From the NCBI RefSeq assembly GCF_024639685.1, contig NZ_JAHEHX010000002.1, positions 132,825 through 196,824 of the forward strand: a DNA stretch of 64,000 nt, given 5' to 3'. This stretch comes from Polaribacter sp. GTDB lineage: Bacteria > Bacteroidota > Bacteroidia > Flavobacteriales > Flavobacteriaceae. Of this stretch, positions 62,338 through 64,000 are shown piece by piece. A program made the position numbers and the translations under genes. The notes under the pieces were generated by a model that was given only the letters and a program-made list of their open reading frames with translations, had not been told where the DNA came from and searched no databases. Each line of letters opens with the position of its first letter. Position 1 is the first letter of the stretch.

Positions 62338-63030
62338 ATGAATACCTTAGTTACCGTAATTATCCCTGCATACAACGAGCAAGATGCTATTACTAAAGTC
62401 ATACAAGATATCCCCGAATTTGTAAATGAAATTATTGTTGTAAGCAATAACTCTACAGACAACACTGAAGAAAAGGCAAAAAAAGCAGGTGCAACAGTAT
62501 TACAGGAACAAAGAAAAGGATACGGGTATGCCTGTTTAAAAGGGCTACATTATATTGTACAGCAAAATACAAAACCAGAAATCATTGTATTCTTAGATGG
62601 AGATTACTCTGATTATCCAGAACAGTTAACCGAAATTATTACACCTATACTGCAAGAAAACATTGACTTTGTATTAGGTTCACGTGTAAAAGAATTGAGA
62701 GAAGTAGGTGCAATGACACCACAACAAATTTTCGGAAATTGGTTAGCTACTTTTTTAATGAAGGTGTTTTTTAATGCCCAATTTACAGATCTAGGGCCCT
62801 TTAGAGCTATAAAATACTCAAAACTATTAACGTTAGGAATGGAGGACAAAACGTATGGGTGGACTGTAGAAATGCAGCTAAAGATTTTAAAACAAAAAAT
62901 GAGTTATAGAGAACTACCTGTAAAGTATCGAAACAGAATTGGAGTTTCAAAAGTTTCAGGAACTTTAAAAGGTACTATATTTGCAGGAGTTAAAATTCTT
63001 AGCTGGATTTTTAAATATAGTTTTAAGTAA
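62338..63030 (+). CDS. GT2 glycosyltransferase, polyprenol-phosphate glycosyltransferase (DPM1-like)
   Basis: VIIPAYNE, GYGYAC, FLDGDYSD, LGSR, TDLGPFRAI. Confidence 0.88.
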   Translation: MNTLVTVIIPAYNEQDAITKVIQDIPEFVNEIIVVSNNSTDNTEEKAKKAGATVLQEQRKGYGYACLKGLHYIVQQNTKPEIIVFLDGDYSDYPEQLTEIITPILQENIDFVLGSRVKELREVGAMTPQQIFGNWLATFLMKVFFNAQFTDLGPFRAIKYSKLLTLGMEDKTYGWTVEMQLKILKQKMSYRELPVKYRNRIGVSKVSGTLKGTIFAGVKILSWIFKYSFK

Positions 63031-64000
63031 TGATTTTAGAGTACGCAATCATCTTTATTTACACCATTTGTTTAATGCTAATTTTCATGTATGCATTAGC
63101 ACAATTAAACCTTCTTATCAACTACCTTAAACACAAGAATAAAGAAGACAATGCTGCTAAATTTGATTTTAGAAATCCAGATGAAATTCCGTTTGTAACC
63201 ATACAACTTCCTGTTTATAATGAACTGTATGTAATGAAGCGACTTTTAAAAAATATCGCAAAAATAGACTACCCAATTCAAAAATTAGAAATTCAAGTTT
63301 TAGACGATTCTACAGATGAATCTGTAGAAAAGACAGCAAAACATGTTAAAAAAATTCAAGAATTAGGAATTGATATTCAACATATTAGAAGAAGTAATAG
63401 AGAAGGATTTAAAGCTGGAGCTTTAAAAGAAGGGTTAAAAATGGCAAAAGGTGAATTTATTGCTATTTTTGATGCCGATTTTTTACCAAAAAAAGATTGG
63501 CTCTACCAAACTGTTCCGTATTTTAAAGATTCAAGTATTGGTGTAGTACAAACCAGATGGGGACATATCAATAGAAATTACTCTACCCTAACAAGAATAC
63601 AAGCGTTTATGTTAGATGCCCACTTTACGCTGGAGCAAGTGGGTAGAAATAGCAAAGGACACTTTATTAATTTTAATGGAACTGCAGGTATTTGGAGAAA
63701 AGAATGTATTTATGATGCTGGTAATTGGCAGGGAGACACTTTAACTGAAGATATTGATTTAAGTTATAGAGCACAGCTAAATAATTGGAAGTTTAAATAT
63801 TTAGAACATGTAGAAACACCAGCGGAATTACCTGTAATTATTAGTGCTGCAAGATCTCAACAATTTAGATGGAATAAAGGTGGAGCTGAGAACTTTCAGA
63901 AAATGATTAAAAGAATTGTTACCTGTAAAAACGTTTCTTTTAAAACCAAAGTTCATGGGATTTTACACTTATTAAACAGCTCTATGTTTACCTGTATTTT
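63030..64000 (+). CDS. Processive GT2, cellulose synthase-like (CslA-type), 3' end beyond window edge
   Basis: Translated by hand from ATG 63030 (TAATG overlap): TIQLPVYNE, QVLDDSTD, GFKAGAL, IFDADF, NFNGTAGIWR, TEDIDLS, QQFRW (D,D,D,QxxRW). Confidence 0.9.
   Translation, partial: MILEYAIIFIYTICLMLIFMYALAQLNLLINYLKHKNKEDNAAKFDFRNPDEIPFVTIQLPVYNELYVMKRLLKNIAKIDYPIQKLEIQVLDDSTDESVEKTAKHVKKIQELGIDIQHIRRSNREGFKAGALKEGLKMAKGEFIAIFDADFLPKKDWLYQTVPYFKDSSIGVVQTRWGHINRNYSTLTRIQAFMLDAHFTLEQVGRNSKGHFINFNGTAGIWRKECIYDAGNWQGDTLTEDIDLSYRAQLNNWKFKYLEHVETPAELPVIISAARSQQFRWNKGGAENFQKMIKRIVTCKNVSFKTKVHGILHLLNSSMFTCI

Noticed and set aside
1-64000. CRISPR arrays, rRNA, tRNA, IS elements, integrases, prophage genes
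   Set aside because: No regularly spaced repeats, structural RNA signatures or transposase/integrase motifs were recognised by eye; a tRNAscan/Infernal run would be needed to exclude small RNAs fully.

Overview
AT-rich chromosomal window from a Flavobacteriaceae bacterium (Polaribacter/Tenacibaculum-like; inferred from sprA, T9SS cargo genes and TAnnTTTG promoter boxes). The first ~48 kb is mostly housekeeping: S9 peptidase (runs off the left edge), tadA, dxs, dgt, nrdA/nrdB, cold-shock protein, ctaA, moaE/moaD, maeB-ruvA-sprA-gcvH-VanZ-TonB, tsaB, TolC, a cytochrome c oxidase accessory operon, enoyl-CoA hydratase, leuS and fabD. Between dxs and dgt lies a mirrored four-gene cassette of two Asp-box beta-propeller T9SS proteins and two small lipoproteins. 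From ~49 kb to the right edge is an arsenosugar-type island: DUF547, CMD peroxidase-like protein, arsS, arsM, rhodanese, TIGR04282-type transferase, a nucleoside phosphorylase with an adenine-type Asp, a small-molecule kinase, an IMPase/CysQ phosphatase and a fatty-acid-hydroxylase-family enzyme. These are followed by a GH113 gene split by a stop codon, a flavoprotein plus polyferredoxin pair and two GT2 genes (the last is CslA-like and runs off the right edge). Features the ORF track misses: a MOSC pseudogene with two in-frame stops, a deletion scar fusing two gene starts (57.7-57.9 kb), a ~70-nt sRNA candidate antisense to AUG-AAA-AAG start regions (42.85-42.92 kb), 11-bp phased operator repeats, and REP-like palindromes at the arsS and dgt starts. 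No rRNA, tRNA, CRISPR array, transposase or integrase was recognised. All calls come from reading motifs by eye; no database search was run.
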